DNA from: a phage
Sequence record: PZ445526.1
Reading direction: 5' to 3' (one strand)
DNA: 64,000 nt
Below are positions 24,761-34,051 of the stretch, piece after piece. Numbering within the stretch: position 1 is the stretch's first letter; each line of letters begins with the position of its first letter. Position numbers and translations under genes: made by a program. Below the pieces are notes generated by a model that was given only the letters and a program-made list of their open reading frames with translations, made no database searches and was not told where the DNA came from.

Positions 24761-25047
24761 TTACGGAATGAAATGAAAGCAGAAACTGAAGCAACTAAAC
24801 TGTCTTCAATATAAACTTCAATTTTTACCGGAGCTTCTGACTCAAATTTACCTGTTACTACACCCTGAAAAATACTTTCAGTTTGTTCTGGCTTTGAAAA
24901 ATTTTCAGAAGGAAAAATTCCGAACTTTTTATCTGTTCCAAAAATTTTAATAAATTCATCGTAAACTGCTTCATTAAAAGCATTATCAGCAGGAATAACG
25001 CCTTCAACTACAAGTTCTTGACCTAAAAAGCGCAAAGAAGATTTCAT
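24757..25047 (-). CDS. Hypothetical protein downstream of alt
   Basis: 96-aa ORF with ATG start and GAGGA SD; sigma70-like early promoter immediately upstream. Confidence 0.65.
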   Translation of the reverse strand: MKSSLRFLGQELVVEGVIPADNAFNEAVYDEFIKIFGTDKKFGIFPSENFSKPEQTESIFQGVVTGKFESEAPVKIEVYIEDSLVASVSAFISFRK

Positions 25048-25078
25048 TTTGTGTTCCTCATGTTATGCCAGTAAGACT

Positions 25079-25107
25079 ACTATAACACAACATAAGGGAC
25101 TTGTAAA
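25079..25107 (-). promoter_or_regulatory. Sigma70-like early promoter (-35 TTTACA, 17-bp spacer, TGn, -10 TATAGT)
   Basis: Read on the minus strand; -35 directly follows the alt stop codon; drives the 96-aa ORF. Confidence 0.55.
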
Positions 25108-27165
25108 CTACATTTTGAACTTTTTAGACATTCCATTGATGTTAACCAAAGAAGCCAAGATTTGAGAAACTTCGTTTTCCTCTTCTTTTGATTCTTCTAC
25201 AAGGAATTGATTAAATCCAATCATTGGACGAACTTCACCAGTTTCCATTAGATGGTCGCCATCATATACTGATTCCTCTAATTGTTCAGAAGGAGGAACG
25301 ATTGTACCTTCGATTAGATACTTGTTATAAGCAGTTTCTTTCATAAAGTAAGTACTTACTTTATTAATCTTCAGTAAAATTCCACGCGGTAGAATAACTT
25401 CAGCTTCTGATGGAAATCCTGATAAATGACCCGGAACGATAACTTTAATTCGCTCAGCTCCTTTAATTACCATACCCACGCTAGTTTCAGCATCTTCATT
25501 AGCATATGTAGAATGACTACCCATATGCATCAAATCTTCTGCATCAACAGAACCTTCTCCTTCGCCAGAAAATACTGCACCGGAATCATCTAGAGCCATA
25601 TAGTTTTTACCATGCTCACCGAAGATATTTGGTTTAAGCGATGTGGATACGAAGTTCTTGAAATAGAACATTTTGTTTTCAATGTTATGACGCAAAGTTT
25701 TAAAGGTAACTTCTTGTCCACGGTAAAGTGTAGTTCCTGGAGGAAGAACTGAACCTTTAGCGAATGCAGAATCAAGCGTCTCAATATGTTTAATAGCTCG
25801 TTCCATATATTCTTCACGGGTAGAATCTGGTTTACCCAAAAGGAACGAGTTCATTTCAACATATGAATCTGCACAATAATCTTCAATTACATCAGATTCA
25901 GCTTGAGTTAATCCTTTTGGAGTTACTTCGGTGCTTGCGTATTCATATGCCTGGGCAGCAGATTCATTAATCAATTTATAAATGCCATTCATGACAAATT
26001 GAATAATAGCTGTCTTTTCATCTGGCGTAGCTTTAGAACCTTTAACTAAATCATTAATAATTTTCTTAATAACATCAAAGCTATTAGAAATATTAATGTC
26101 AGCAAGATCGCTTAAAATTTTATCAGTTTTATAATCAAAGAATTCTTTATTCTTTAAATATTCTTGAGAACCTTGATATGTTATATCGCTCTGCAACTTG
26201 ATGGATGGATCACGTAAACGTGCATGGGCTAATGCAATATGATTTCGGAAGTTTTCTAGTTCATAATCGCTAGATTTAAAACGAGAAGCACTCCTCATAC
26301 CACCGATAGCTCCTTTGTTGAAGTTTGAACCAATCTGAATAACGCCAGAGTTCATTGGTCCTTCTGCTTTATATACCGGAACTTTAGATTCAAACTCTTG
26401 ATATTTCTTGGCAGCGAAGCTATCACCCTGAAGTGAAGCATCGACAGTAGAATATTGAGCTTGTGCTGCTAATCGACGACTAATTTTAGTTTTCTGAATA
26501 ACCGCTTGGTCAGTACGTTTATCATTTTCTAAAGCAATAGAAGCAGCAACAGCGACAGCTTTAGGAACAGCATCACCTGTTTTAATGTCTACATAAACAT
26601 CACCAACCTTTGATTCAACTTTTGTGAATAACTCAGTTGAAATAGGAGGTACACCTGGAATGTCTTCTAAATTGGCATTTTTACGGTAAACCATAATATA
26701 TGCATACTTTTTATCATAGTCCCAGATTTCCTTTAAAAGAACATATCGACCTGCTCCTTTAGTACGTACTAAACGGTCAGCAATAACTTGCATTTGACGA
26801 GCAGCGCCATTTGTTTTACTTTTTAGTACGCGGAATAGGCATGCGTCAATTTTATACTGTTTCATTGTTTGAAGAGCAGTATCAAAAACAGCATTAATGA
26901 CGCCAATTGGATTTCCACCCAAGTTTCTAAGCTTAACCAGCGATAATTTCTCGTTGACACCTATCATTACGATATGCATCATTTTATCGCCTGGCTTAAC
27001 GTTTTTATTTGTATCACCACCAGAGGTGTATGTACAAAATCTAAATCCAGGAAGCACGCTTTCTTCGCCGGCTTGGATAGCAAAAATTTGTGGTATTTTA
27101 TGCTTAGGATTTAAGTTAACAACCGGCGCCGAAGCGCCGTCAAATAATTCTGTAATAAGTTCCAT
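25108..27165 (-). CDS. alt: Alt-family NAD-protein ADP-ribosyltransferase (685 aa)
   Basis: N-terminus MELITELFD; R-S-E ART motifs visible (YRGQ, FVSTSL, EAEVILPRG); size close to T4 Alt (682 aa as recalled). Confidence 0.85.
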   Translation of the reverse strand: MELITELFDGASAPVVNLNPKHKIPQIFAIQAGEESVLPGFRFCTYTSGGDTNKNVKPGDKMMHIVMIGVNEKLSLVKLRNLGGNPIGVINAVFDTALQTMKQYKIDACLFRVLKSKTNGAARQMQVIADRLVRTKGAGRYVLLKEIWDYDKKYAYIMVYRKNANLEDIPGVPPISTELFTKVESKVGDVYVDIKTGDAVPKAVAVAASIALENDKRTDQAVIQKTKISRRLAAQAQYSTVDASLQGDSFAAKKYQEFESKVPVYKAEGPMNSGVIQIGSNFNKGAIGGMRSASRFKSSDYELENFRNHIALAHARLRDPSIKLQSDITYQGSQEYLKNKEFFDYKTDKILSDLADINISNSFDVIKKIINDLVKGSKATPDEKTAIIQFVMNGIYKLINESAAQAYEYASTEVTPKGLTQAESDVIEDYCADSYVEMNSFLLGKPDSTREEYMERAIKHIETLDSAFAKGSVLPPGTTLYRGQEVTFKTLRHNIENKMFYFKNFVSTSLKPNIFGEHGKNYMALDDSGAVFSGEGEGSVDAEDLMHMGSHSTYANEDAETSVGMVIKGAERIKVIVPGHLSGFPSEAEVILPRGILLKINKVSTYFMKETAYNKYLIEGTIVPPSEQLEESVYDGDHLMETGEVRPMIGFNQFLVEESKEEENEVSQILASLVNINGMSKKFKM

Positions 27166-27168
27166 GAT

Positions 27169-29265
27169 TTATCCTTGAACGAACTTGTAAGGCATGTTTG
27201 TAATATCTATGCAAGACGCAATAATTCCAATAGATGATTCTACTTTCTGTTTAACATTTGATGAAACAAATGATGCAAAGTCAACTCTGTCTTCTATTTC
27301 AATATCATCTGTCATTGCAACTACTTCACCGGTTTCCATTAAACGGTCTCCGTCATAGATTACCGATTCGGTGAGTTCTTCTGTGGTCATAACTTCAGCT
27401 TGAATGAGTTTTGTATTGTTAGATGTTGTTCCGTCATTATTAGAAGCATCAGTTATTTTATTAACTTTGACCATCAATCCGCGCGGTAGAATAACTTCAG
27501 CTTCTGTTGCTATTCCGAGACTTCCTGGATATACAACATTAACTTTATGTGCGCCGTCAATTGCCCATCCTATTTGAACTTTAACGTATTCAGGATTTTC
27601 TTTATACGCTCTTATTTCGTTTGGATTAATAGTTATTCCTTCTTCATTTTTATCAACTGTTAATTCATTGCGAGCTTCTGGTTCTAAAAGACCAATACCA
27701 GCATGTGTAATTCCAAAACGTCCAAAAATGATAGGAGTTAAAGAAGTAGATACAAAATTTCTGAAATAGAACACTTTATTTTTAACTAGTGCTTCGTATA
27801 TAGGAGCAGTCATACTTTGAGCACGATAAACTGTAATGCCTTCCGGTATGCGGTCACCATTTTCAAAAGCTGAATCTAAATTATTTATAGCAGATTCAAT
27901 TTCTTTTTCACTCATTACATCATATCGTTCTGGATTGTAACGACCTAAAAGAAGATTATTAATGTCTGTATATCCTGAACCACAATACTCTCTAATACCG
28001 CGCTTTTGTGATGGAGTATATTTAGAACCATCACGGGCAATAGTAATATCAATCATTGGACCAGCACCAATTCCAGAAAAACTATAAATCATTCGTTTGA
28101 GGAATTTAGTTTTTGCTGCATTCCAGGCATTTTTAGTTATTTCTCCCCAGACTTCATCTGGTTGCCCTTTACGAGTTTTATTATGTTTATCAAGCCAATT
28201 ATCTTTATATTCTTCAAAGAATTTATTAATAGCTGCTGCGTATTTCTCTAAACATTTTATTGAAGTAGTTGGTTCATTTTTTATCGCGTTAAAAATTACA
28301 TCTTTAATTTTTTCGGAAACTTCATCAACCTCACTTTTTGAAAAGAATTTATAGTCATAGTGAAGTTCATTCGCAGTTCCTTCGGCAATAATTTTTGCTG
28401 CCTTAGTTTTAGAAGCTAATGAATTAATTCCAAGCTTCATTTCTTCTGCTTCGGGAATTAAAGGAGCGGTAGCAGGTTTATTGAAATTAGCTGCGGTAGA
28501 TTCATACTTCTGGAATAATTCACTTTCAAATCTAGAAGATTCCAATGACTGACTTTGTGCAATTGCTCTACGGGAAATTTTAACTTTAACGATTACAGCT
28601 TGATCAGAACGTTTATCATTTTCTTGCGCAATAGATGCTGCAATTGCCTCATTTTTAGTTACTTGAGCTCCAGTATCTTTATTGATATAAACATCACCAA
28701 CCTTTGATTCAACTTTAGTAAAGAGCTCGGTACTAATTTCCGGAACTCCTGGAATGTCTTCTAGTGATACATTTTTGCGATGTATAAGAATATATGCATA
28801 CTTTTTATCATAGTCCCAGATTTCCTTAAGAATGACGTATCTGCCACCTGAACGACTACGGATAAGTCTATCAGCAATAACTTGAATTTGTCGAGCTTGA
28901 CCAGCGGTTTTAGACTTAAGAATACGGAGCATACAAGCATCAATTTTATATTGACGCATTGTTTGCATTGCAACAGTAAAAACTGAATTGATATAATTAA
29001 TTGGGCTTGGACCAAGACCTTTCAATTTAGCAATTGAACCTTTAGCAGTTAATGTAAAAGGAACAATATGCATCATTTTATCGCCCATTTTTAAATCGCG
29101 ATTAGTATCACCTCCAGATGTATAGGTACATAAACGAAAGCCTGGTTGTTCAATTGCATCATCAACGTGAACTGAAAAAATTTGCGGTATTTTCTTCTTT
29201 GGATTTAAGTTTGTAATCGGAAGAGTAGTATCTTCGTCAAATAATTCTGTAATGAGTTCCATCAT
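27169..29265 (-). CDS. Second Alt-family ADP-ribosyltransferase paralog (698 aa)
   Basis: Same N-terminal MELITELFD...NLNPKKKIPQIF...CTYTSGGDTN and the same R / STS / EAEVILPRG motifs as the adjacent alt but diverged centrally; stop lies 3 nt before the alt start. Confidence 0.85.
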   Translation of the reverse strand: MMELITELFDEDTTLPITNLNPKKKIPQIFSVHVDDAIEQPGFRLCTYTSGGDTNRDLKMGDKMMHIVPFTLTAKGSIAKLKGLGPSPINYINSVFTVAMQTMRQYKIDACMLRILKSKTAGQARQIQVIADRLIRSRSGGRYVILKEIWDYDKKYAYILIHRKNVSLEDIPGVPEISTELFTKVESKVGDVYINKDTGAQVTKNEAIAASIAQENDKRSDQAVIVKVKISRRAIAQSQSLESSRFESELFQKYESTAANFNKPATAPLIPEAEEMKLGINSLASKTKAAKIIAEGTANELHYDYKFFSKSEVDEVSEKIKDVIFNAIKNEPTTSIKCLEKYAAAINKFFEEYKDNWLDKHNKTRKGQPDEVWGEITKNAWNAAKTKFLKRMIYSFSGIGAGPMIDITIARDGSKYTPSQKRGIREYCGSGYTDINNLLLGRYNPERYDVMSEKEIESAINNLDSAFENGDRIPEGITVYRAQSMTAPIYEALVKNKVFYFRNFVSTSLTPIIFGRFGITHAGIGLLEPEARNELTVDKNEEGITINPNEIRAYKENPEYVKVQIGWAIDGAHKVNVVYPGSLGIATEAEVILPRGLMVKVNKITDASNNDGTTSNNTKLIQAEVMTTEELTESVIYDGDRLMETGEVVAMTDDIEIEDRVDFASFVSSNVKQKVESSIGIIASCIDITNMPYKFVQG

Positions 29266-29285
29266 ATCCTCTCTAGTGTTTATTC

Positions 29286-29293
29286 TATTTATA
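29286..29293 (-). promoter_or_regulatory. Late promoter (minus strand) upstream of the second alt paralog
   Basis: Plus-strand TATTTATA about 21 nt from the ATG at 29265; follows a terminator hairpin. Confidence 0.55.
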
Positions 29294-29296
29294 AAA

Positions 29297-29318
29297 TTAA
29301 AGGCCCGAAGGCCTTTAA
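29297..29318 (-). terminator. Stem-loop terminating the ligase operon before the alt paralogs
   Basis: TTAAAGGCC-CGAA-GGCCTTTAA overlapping the stop of the 62-aa ORF. Confidence 0.55.
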
Positions 29319-29503
29319 TAATCTATTGGTAAGAGAGTACGATATATTTCAAACTTTGGACCTTTTTCATAAGCATCAAAAGTTTCTGTGAATTTATTAT
29401 AAGCATATGCATCGATAAATTCAATCATGATTTGTGATACAGAAGTAGAAACATCTCCACCTTCTTTTTGAGCCACGACAATTGTTTCTAAGTAAGCTTT
29501 CAT
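29315..29503 (-). CDS. Hypothetical small protein coupled to ligase
   Basis: 62-aa ORF whose ATG overlaps the gene 30 stop (ATGA); terminator hairpin overlaps its stop. Confidence 0.6.
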   Translation of the reverse strand: MKAYLETIVVAQKEGGDVSTSVSQIMIEFIDAYAYNKFTETFDAYEKGPKFEIYRTLLPIDY

Positions 29504-30963
29504 AAACCAGTTACCTCATGAAAATCACCAAATACATCCTCGAATGTATTAGCTTTAGTTTTATCTTCACGCAAACGAATCGCAATCGGAAGAAATAATT
29601 TAACGTAATCAGTGCGGCCATCAGATTTTAACCAACCGTTGCATTCGCACTCTAGAATTTTTCCAATATAATAATTTTGGTTTTCCATAATGCGAGTACG
29701 GTCAAGTTCATGCGATTTTACACCGGCTTTATCTTTTAAGCCTGAACCAGCATTTACTTTAATTTTTCCACACTCTGACTCAAGAATAAATCCACCTGCT
29801 TTAGTAGGGTCTTTACGGTGAGGATAAATTCCTACAATTTTTAAATCAACATCAATTACTTCTTTAAATTTATAGAGATTTTTTGAACGAGCATTTTCCC
29901 ATAATCCATCGATATTTTTGAGAATAATACCTTCAAGACCTTGGTCAATATACTTTTTATAAATTACCTTAGCTTCATCTAGGTTATTTACTACCTGGTT
30001 TTCAATTAAAATTACTTTATCATATCCCGATGTCATTTGTTCTAGTTTAGAAAAACGTACATCATATTTCAAACGAAATGCTGGAAGACCGTATATTTCT
30101 ACTAATGGAACATAATCCCAGACCTGAAACTTCATGCATTGTGCTTCTTTTTCAGAAATGGTTCCCTTTAAAGATTTATTGGCGATTCCATTAGAAGCAG
30201 TACGTGATTCAGCTACTTCGGCGAATTCTTTAACTTTACTGTTTTCAGGATGAGCATCAAAAAGAAAATCTAGGCCTTCTGGCTCCTTTTTAACTTGCTC
30301 ATGGTATACCAATTCGCCATCAATTAACACACCTTCTGGATGAATCTGGCGGGCTTCAGCGGTCATTTTGATTAACTCTTCCTTAAGAAGATCTAATCCT
30401 AGGTATTCATTACCAGCTCGTGATAAAAGACGAACATCATCTAATTCATCACCTCTGACTTCAGCAAAGCACCGAGCCCCATCAGCTTTTAACTGGGCAA
30501 AGGCTGGAAATTTGATATTCTTATTAATGCCTTTTTCATCATAAGAACTTGCAAGCATTTGAGGTTGTTCAGGAATTAAACCTGGCCAAACTTTGTTTGC
30601 AATAGATACTGAAGCACCGCATTCAAGGTCTCGCATCATCACTCGACGCAAAACTTCAACATCATCTTTTTTACCATCGGTGATATATCCAGTTAATTCC
30701 TCAATTGCCGCATTTCCGGTCAATTTCCGAGTAGCTAACGTGAATTCAATGAAGTCAAGCATATCGGTAAGAGTCAACATTCCAAAACTCTGGGTAGCAA
30801 TACCAGGTTTAGGCCATTTCTTGATATAATACTGTAAGCCACGAGAATAAGTCAGACGATATACTCGTTTAAGCAATTCATTATCTTTATTCTTTTCAAG
30901 AATTGCTTGCTTCTGCTTAGTTGAACCAATAGATGCTATTTCGTTCAGAATTTTAAGAATCAT
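29500..30963 (-). CDS. 30: ATP-dependent DNA ligase gp30
   Basis: 487-aa ORF MILKILNEIASIGSTKQKQAILEKNKDNELL...; adenylation motif KADGARC; T4 ligase size. Confidence 0.95.
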   Translation of the reverse strand: MILKILNEIASIGSTKQKQAILEKNKDNELLKRVYRLTYSRGLQYYIKKWPKPGIATQSFGMLTLTDMLDFIEFTLATRKLTGNAAIEELTGYITDGKKDDVEVLRRVMMRDLECGASVSIANKVWPGLIPEQPQMLASSYDEKGINKNIKFPAFAQLKADGARCFAEVRGDELDDVRLLSRAGNEYLGLDLLKEELIKMTAEARQIHPEGVLIDGELVYHEQVKKEPEGLDFLFDAHPENSKVKEFAEVAESRTASNGIANKSLKGTISEKEAQCMKFQVWDYVPLVEIYGLPAFRLKYDVRFSKLEQMTSGYDKVILIENQVVNNLDEAKVIYKKYIDQGLEGIILKNIDGLWENARSKNLYKFKEVIDVDLKIVGIYPHRKDPTKAGGFILESECGKIKVNAGSGLKDKAGVKSHELDRTRIMENQNYYIGKILECECNGWLKSDGRTDYVKLFLPIAIRLREDKTKANTFEDVFGDFHEVTGL

Positions 30964-31229
30964 TGTTCATCCTTTAGAGTTTGGTTTACAGCTCTATTAT
31001 AAATCAATTCATCATTAAGCTCAGTCAAAGACCTATGATATGTAGTTCTAACTTTATTTCCTTGCATCCAATGCTTGACGTAAATGAAACCTTGCTCTAC
31101 ACATTTTTTAAAAATTCGTTCGTCTTTTTGAGCTCGGAATTCTGGATTGCATCTAAAAAATTGATTTACGTGACCGTAATCACGTGTAGTATTACCTTCA
31201 TTTTCATAAATAGTGTGAACAACAAACAT
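30960..31229 (-). CDS. 30.1: Hypothetical protein (30.1 by position)
   Basis: 89-aa ORF; stop overlaps ligase start (ATGA). Confidence 0.65.
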   Translation of the reverse strand: MFVVHTIYENEGNTTRDYGHVNQFFRCNPEFRAQKDERIFKKCVEQGFIYVKHWMQGNKVRTTYHRSLTELNDELIYNRAVNQTLKDEQ

Positions 31230-32083
31230 TAGAATGCTCCTTGGAAAATATTATCACCACTACCACTAGTAAGTCTATTAAAATACCCTGCATCGCCAGG
31301 CTTAATATAACTCCACGTATGGAATGGATGCATCTGGTGTGAGTGCGTATAATATGGATGATATGGATTATAAGGATTAAATCCAGGAGTTCTCCAGGTA
31401 GTGTTCCAGCGAAAAGAATCGTTTTTAATCATCTTCTCAATTACATCTTTTATAGCTTTTTCACTATCAAAACTTTCTTTATTTTCCTTCAATGGAAAAA
31501 GCTTATTCTCTACATCATTCCATGTATAAACTCGCTGTGCAGTTTTTGGAATATTGTCACGCTCTCCTCGAGCCATCCAATACACAGGAACACTTAATAT
31601 TTCACTCGCATGATCGCAGTGGTGAGCAAGATCGTCAATATAACAAATTACGTTATATTTCTCTTTTGCCTTTTTGAACAACTCTTCTTTTGAAGAATCA
31701 TGACCACACATCAGTACTTCTGAGAAGGCACCAGGAAAAAGAGCATTCAAATTAAATTGACGATTTAATAGAGCGTCAATAGAATCACCCAATGCTGTAA
31801 CAGCAACAAAATTATAATCTTCTTTTAATTTGTTAATTACACACAGAGCATCTTTATATGGAGACAAGTAACGAATAAAATCTGATCGATTGTATTTTTC
31901 AATTAACTTGACACCAAGTTCTTCATCACAATTAAAGAGTTTACCTGGAGAAATAAATTTCTCATCTTGAATCATTTTTAAAATATGTTCCAACGGAAGA
32001 TTATATTTCTGGGCAAAATAAGGAAGGCCTGATTGCCAGCTTAAACATACTCCATCAATATCAGTCAAAATAGTAGGCTTCAT
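31229..32083 (-). CDS. 30.2: HAD-superfamily phosphatase-like protein (30.2 by position)
   Basis: 284-aa ORF with HAD motif I ILTDIDGV, motif II VAVTALG and Asp-rich motif YIDDLAHH; unusual aromatic/His/Pro-rich C-terminal tail. Confidence 0.75.
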   Translation of the reverse strand: MKPTILTDIDGVCLSWQSGLPYFAQKYNLPLEHILKMIQDEKFISPGKLFNCDEELGVKLIEKYNRSDFIRYLSPYKDALCVINKLKEDYNFVAVTALGDSIDALLNRQFNLNALFPGAFSEVLMCGHDSSKEELFKKAKEKYNVICYIDDLAHHCDHASEILSVPVYWMARGERDNIPKTAQRVYTWNDVENKLFPLKENKESFDSEKAIKDVIEKMIKNDSFRWNTTWRTPGFNPYNPYHPYYTHSHQMHPFHTWSYIKPGDAGYFNRLTSGSGDNIFQGAF

Positions 32084-32538
32084 AGAGAGTCTCTTAATAG
32101 GTTTAACACATCAATAAATTCAGCTTCGGTTAGTATTGTATCATCTTTTGTTAGACCACTAGCCATGCTGTGCTTCAAAACTTTTCCTTTCGAGGCTTGT
32201 AATGCATCACGAAAGCCCTTGTTTTGGATCGCTGCTTCAAAATATGCATTTGTGTATAATTCTTTCCACGCTGGGGAGTATCTTGAAAACGGAACTCCAA
32301 GCCAGAAGAGGGTCCCACGGTCCTGAGCTCTAGCATAAGACCTTCCAGCTTGTTGGGCGGCAAGCCCTGATAACCCAAATATACGACGTTGTTGTTCAAC
32401 ATTTTTCACCTTACACCCTTGGAGGAATCCTTCGAGACCTCCAAATTGAATACCATCCATAACGAAAGGCCAATGGGCGAAATTACTTAATGCACATGAT
32501 GGCCATCTAAAATTGCTTCTAATCTCTAACTCAGACAT
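32080..32538 (-). CDS. 30.3: NADAR/YbiA-family (DUF1768-like) protein (30.3 by position)
   Basis: Track ORF starts at TTG; ATG at 32538 gives 152 aa; SNFAHWPFVMDGIQF...EGFLQGCK resembles the YbiA/NADAR signature SNFA.WP..DG...E.YFQA.K; ATGA overlap with HAD gene. Confidence 0.7.
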   Translation of the reverse strand: MSELEIRSNFRWPSCALSNFAHWPFVMDGIQFGGLEGFLQGCKVKNVEQQRRIFGLSGLAAQQAGRSYARAQDRGTLFWLGVPFSRYSPAWKELYTNAYFEAAIQNKGFRDALQASKGKVLKHSMASGLTKDDTILTEAEFIDVLNLLRDSL

Positions 32539-32737
32539 TTTCAATGCTTATAATTTCAACATCAGCCCAATGACCATAGCAAGGAAGACGAAATTCAACT
32601 GGCCAGTTAGGGTCCTTTTCTAATATAATAGACTCAACTTGTGGTTCTTCATGTTCATCAGTATATGGATTTTTATCTGTTACTTTATATGTGACCTTAA
32701 TGTACTGAATTCCAAAAATCTTATTAATTATATTCAT
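32531..32737 (-). CDS. Hypothetical protein
   Basis: 68-aa ORF with ATG start, in the 30.x small-gene array. Confidence 0.55.
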   Translation of the reverse strand: MNIINKIFGIQYIKVTYKVTDKNPYTDEHEEPQVESIILEKDPNWPVEFRLPCYGHWADVEIISIENV

Positions 32738-32931
32738 ACTAATTCCTTTAATCCGTAAATAGGAGATAATTCATCACCCATACGAAGGTCTTCATTTCCA
32801 TCTACCCAGGAAACAATATAAGCCTCTTTTATTTGAATACCACTCCATTTAAATGGAGGTAGAACCTTAGAAATTAATCCAGGTATACCAACTCCCTTTA
32901 ATTCAACGGTTTGACCTAAAAAGAATTTCAT
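32734..32931 (-). CDS. Hypothetical protein
   Basis: 65-aa ORF, ATGA-type coupling to neighbours. Confidence 0.55.
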   Translation of the reverse strand: MKFFLGQTVELKGVGIPGLISKVLPPFKWSGIQIKEAYIVSWVDGNEDLRMGDELSPIYGLKELV

Positions 32932-33218
32932 TAAAACCTCATCTGAAAACCGTGCGATTTAACGTTACCGCCGCCAATATCAGAAATGTTAATTTCGCGC
33001 GCAATTGAAGGGTCAATGTCAATTTCACGATTGAGTTTAGTGATAGCTAAAGTATCGCGCCCATTTACAGTACGGAACTCTAAAGGACAAACCACATCAA
33101 CGTAGTTTTTAATCGATTCACTGGTAGGCTGCAAATGAGCAGGAAGGTCTTTAGGCGCCTTTGAGAAAACCACTTCACAGAAATTTTTGCGGGTATCAAA
33201 ATAAGTAGTCATAAACAT
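32931..33218 (-). CDS. Hypothetical protein
   Basis: Track N-terminus (MGLRP) is encoded by a GC hairpin; internal ATG with GAGGA SD gives about 95 aa. Confidence 0.55.
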   Translation of the reverse strand: MFMTTYFDTRKNFCEVVFSKAPKDLPAHLQPTSESIKNYVDVVCPLEFRTVNGRDTLAITKLNREIDIDPSIAREINISDIGGGNVKSHGFQMRF

Positions 33219-33235
33219 AATATTTTCCTCAGTAA

Positions 33236-33249
33236 GGGGCCGAAGCCCC
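33236..33249 (-). terminator. GC hairpin in the 30.x array
   Basis: GGGGC-CGAA-GCCCC. Confidence 0.45.
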
Positions 33250-33257
33250 ATTTTATT

Positions 33258-33623
33258 TTAAATATCAAATTCATTAAGAACTACATCAAAGATTGCTTCA
33301 AGATGCTCAGGTTTAGCTCTGTTACTCAGAATATGACGAATCCAAGTTTTAACCAAAAGCTTGCGATTAACGCCATTCCAGCAAGGATGAGTCCCTAAAT
33401 CGCGTTGACGGAAATCATCATCCAGAGCGATTTTGAAGTTGGAACCTTCCATTGTGATTGAAACCGTGATACCGTTTTCAAATCGCATATAAACGTAGTT
33501 AGGAGTCATATACTGTTCAATTTCGCATACTGATCCATTTTGATGTTTCCAAAGGCAAATAGTATCAATAGAACCTGCAATACCATTAGAAACATATTTA
33601 CGTTCAAAGTTGATGTAGTTCAT
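33258..33623 (-). CDS. Hypothetical protein
   Basis: 121-aa ORF with ATG start; hairpin downstream. Confidence 0.6.
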   Translation of the reverse strand: MNYINFERKYVSNGIAGSIDTICLWKHQNGSVCEIEQYMTPNYVYMRFENGITVSITMEGSNFKIALDDDFRQRDLGTHPCWNGVNRKLLVKTWIRHILSNRAKPEHLEAIFDVVLNEFDI

Positions 33624-33691
33624 TTTTATTCTCCGAGATGTTTAATTGCGGTACAGGTATATAATATCATATCCTGTACCAAAGTAAACAA

Positions 33692-34024
33692 TTATTTTAC
33701 TACTTTCCAATGCTGCATGTCAAGTTTACCAACTTTTTTCATCTTCTCAATTAAGCGTTCTGCACGTTGGCGAGCTGTAACATAATGCCATTCGCCTAAT
33801 TCATTTTGTTCAATTTTTCCAACGATTACTGTATTCAATTCATAAATCCAACCAGTAAAGAAATTATGAACTTGAATTGTAAAGGTGAAATCTGTTCCCA
33901 TACCTTCTGTTGTTTCTACTTCAATAATATCACCTTCAACTGCCATTAAGAACCACATAGTTTCATTATATTTACCATTGAAGCATTTAGTTTTAACTGC
34001 AGCGTTCAGATTAATCGTTTTCAT
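33692..34024 (-). CDS. Hypothetical protein
   Basis: 110-aa ORF; AAGGAG SD; sigma70-like early promoter upstream at about 34052-34080. Confidence 0.6.
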   Translation of the reverse strand: MKTINLNAAVKTKCFNGKYNETMWFLMAVEGDIIEVETTEGMGTDFTFTIQVHNFFTGWIYELNTVIVGKIEQNELGEWHYVTARQRAERLIEKMKKVGKLDMQHWKVVK

Positions 34025-34051
34025 TTTATTCTCCTTTGTTTGTGTAAGATA

